A DNA stretch of 49,705 bases from Gemmatimonadota bacterium (GTDB taxonomy: Bacteria; Gemmatimonadota; Gemmatimonadetes; Longimicrobiales; Gaopeijiaceae). The translations under genes and the position numbers were made by a program. Below are positions 48,189 through 49,705 of the stretch, piece by piece; within the stretch, counting starts at the first letter, position 1; each line of letters opens with the position of its first letter. Location: NCBI GenBank assembly GCA_039589315.1, contig JBDHHQ010000072.1, forward strand, positions 1 to 49,705, read 5' to 3'. Below the pieces are notes generated by a model, which worked only from the letters and a program-made list of their open reading frames with translations, ran no database searches and had not been told where the DNA came from.

Positions 48189-49705
48189 ATGCATGGAATC
48201 CGCAAGCTGATCCGGGACGTCCACCGTCGGTCGCTGTGGCAGGTGGCAGCCATCTACATGGGTGGGGCCTGGGTGGCGTTGGAGGTGGTGAGCTTGCTGG
48301 CGGACACGGCGGGACTACCAGTGTGGCTGCCACCGTTCGCGCTGGCCCTGCTGGTGCTGGGCTTCCCGGTGGTTCTTGCCACCGCCTTCGTGGGAAGCGG
48401 GGGGTGGTACGAGGCTGAAGGTGGCCCTCACCCGACTCCCCACGAGGCCGGGGGCGGGCTGCCCGAGAGCGGCACGTCCCACGAGGCTGCCGAGGGATCG
48501 CCGGGCAGCGGTGGCGCGCTCGGCCCGTCGTCCAATTCTGCGCATCCCCCGGTGCACGGCCCTGCGGCTCAACCCCTCGGGGCCACCACCGCCGCCAGCG
48601 CGACCACCGGTCGCTCCCATGTGGTGGTCCGCCGCGCCTACGCCCGCCGCACGCTGACCTGGGGTGCGCTCGCGGCCGTCGCGGCATGGGCCATCGTGGT
48701 TGGCATGCCGTCCCTCGCCCCTGGATCCGACGAAACTGTCCAGGCCGCCCGAAGCGCAGCGTATGACGACACGGCCCCGTCAGCGGTCAGCGCGGCGCCC
48801 CCCTCTGTCGCGGTGCTGCCCTTCGTCAACCGCAGTCCGGACCCGGAGCACGCCTACTTCGTGGACGGCGTGCACGAGAACGTGCTCGTGGCCCTGTCAG
48901 GCATCGCGTCCCTGGACGTCACCGCCCTTCGCTCGGTGAACCGATACCGGGACACGGACCAGTCGCTGGCAGACATCGCGGCGGAGCTCGGAGTCGCCAC
49001 GATCCTCGAGGGGTCGGTGCAGCGAGCGGAGAACCGCATCCGCATCATCACGCAGCTCATGGACGCGGCCAGCGGCGAGACGCTGTGGACCGAGACCTAC
49101 GACCGCAGCTTGGACGACATCTTCGCCGTCCAGAGCGACGTAGCGCGACGGGTGGCCGGCGCGATGCAGGCCACGTTGACACCCGGCGATCTACAGCGCC
49201 TCGAGAGCCCGTCCACTCCGAGCGTCAGCACCTACGATCTCTATCTGCGTGGGCGTGAGGCCTATCACCGGATCTCCGCGTCGGACAACGAAGAGGCCAT
49301 GCGCCTGTTCCGCCTCGCCCTGGACGAGGACCCTGAGTTCGCCCCGGCGTGGGCGGGCCTGGGCGATGCGTTTCTACAGGGAGTCCAGTACTACGGCGCC
49401 CCCCGCGCTTGGGCAGACTCGGGGCGTGTCTTGGCCACGCGTGCCATCGAGCTGGACCCGTCTCTGGCGGCCGCCCACAAGACCCTGGGGTTCGCCCACT
49501 CCATGGATCGCCATCATCGAGAGGCGCTGGCTGCGAACCTCAGAGCCGTCGAGCTCGACCCCAGCTTCGCCGACGCCGTCAACAACGTGGGCTTCTCCTA
49601 CTATTATCTGGGCGATATGCCCAAGGCCCTTCAGTGGGTGAAACGGGCGCTGAGACTCATGCCCAACATCGTGCTGGTGCGGTCCAACGTCGGTGTCATC
49701 CGCCT
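48189..49705 (+). CDS. Membrane-anchored TolB-N-like/TPR protein (runs off the window end)
   Basis: Manual translation: MHGIRKLIRDVHRRSLWQVAAIY, TM pair, SVAVLPFVNRS...YFVDG, ILEGSVQR, AYDLYLRG-like, TPRs. Confidence 0.85.
   Translation, partial: MHGIRKLIRDVHRRSLWQVAAIYMGGAWVALEVVSLLADTAGLPVWLPPFALALLVLGFPVVLATAFVGSGGWYEAEGGPHPTPHEAGGGLPESGTSHEAAEGSPGSGGALGPSSNSAHPPVHGPAAQPLGATTAASATTGRSHVVVRRAYARRTLTWGALAAVAAWAIVVGMPSLAPGSDETVQAARSAAYDDTAPSAVSAAPPSVAVLPFVNRSPDPEHAYFVDGVHENVLVALSGIASLDVTALRSVNRYRDTDQSLADIAAELGVATILEGSVQRAENRIRIITQLMDAASGETLWTETYDRSLDDIFAVQSDVARRVAGAMQATLTPGDLQRLESPSTPSVSTYDLYLRGREAYHRISASDNEEAMRLFRLALDEDPEFAPAWAGLGDAFLQGVQYYGAPRAWADSGRVLATRAIELDPSLAAAHKTLGFAHSMDRHHREALAANLRAVELDPSFADAVNNVGFSYYYLGDMPKALQWVKRALRLMPNIVLVRSNVGVIR

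Overview
GC-rich bacterial window; the gene content (PadR plus duplicated orphan permease, kinase-FGE-hydrolase, TPR-CHAT/ECF module, integrase motif) suggests Gemmatimonadota or a similar phylum, which is inference only. It is an accretion zone downstream of an intact minus-strand tRNA-Lys(TTT) at 47829-47901. Three displaced copies of the tRNA 3' half (17306, 24721, 28097), each followed by a related ~128-bp arm, split the region into tandem islands that contain no intact integrase. Island A (~19.7 kb) carries a group-1l-like [NiFe]-hydrogenase operon (small subunit, five paralogous single-TM proteins, large subunit, two maturation proteases, NifU/Rieske protein), hypFCDE without hypA/hypB, a Dpp/Nik-type ABC importer, and a CooC-family ATPase whose metal-binding CxC reads TGA-Met-Cys followed by a SECIS-like hairpin (probable selenoprotein). 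Island B (~3.4 kb) holds a Ser/Thr kinase-FGE-hydrolase gene missing its catalytic loop. Island C (~7.4 kb) holds ECF sigma / zinc anti-sigma / TPR-CHAT protease plus lipoproteins, with a repeated candidate promoter. The left 17 kb has TolB-like, DoxX, DUF3604, hybrid histidine kinase (frameshifted), beta-carbonic anhydrase, integrase remnant, PP2C phosphatase and PadR-permease genes. All family calls come from motifs recognised by eye; no searches were run.
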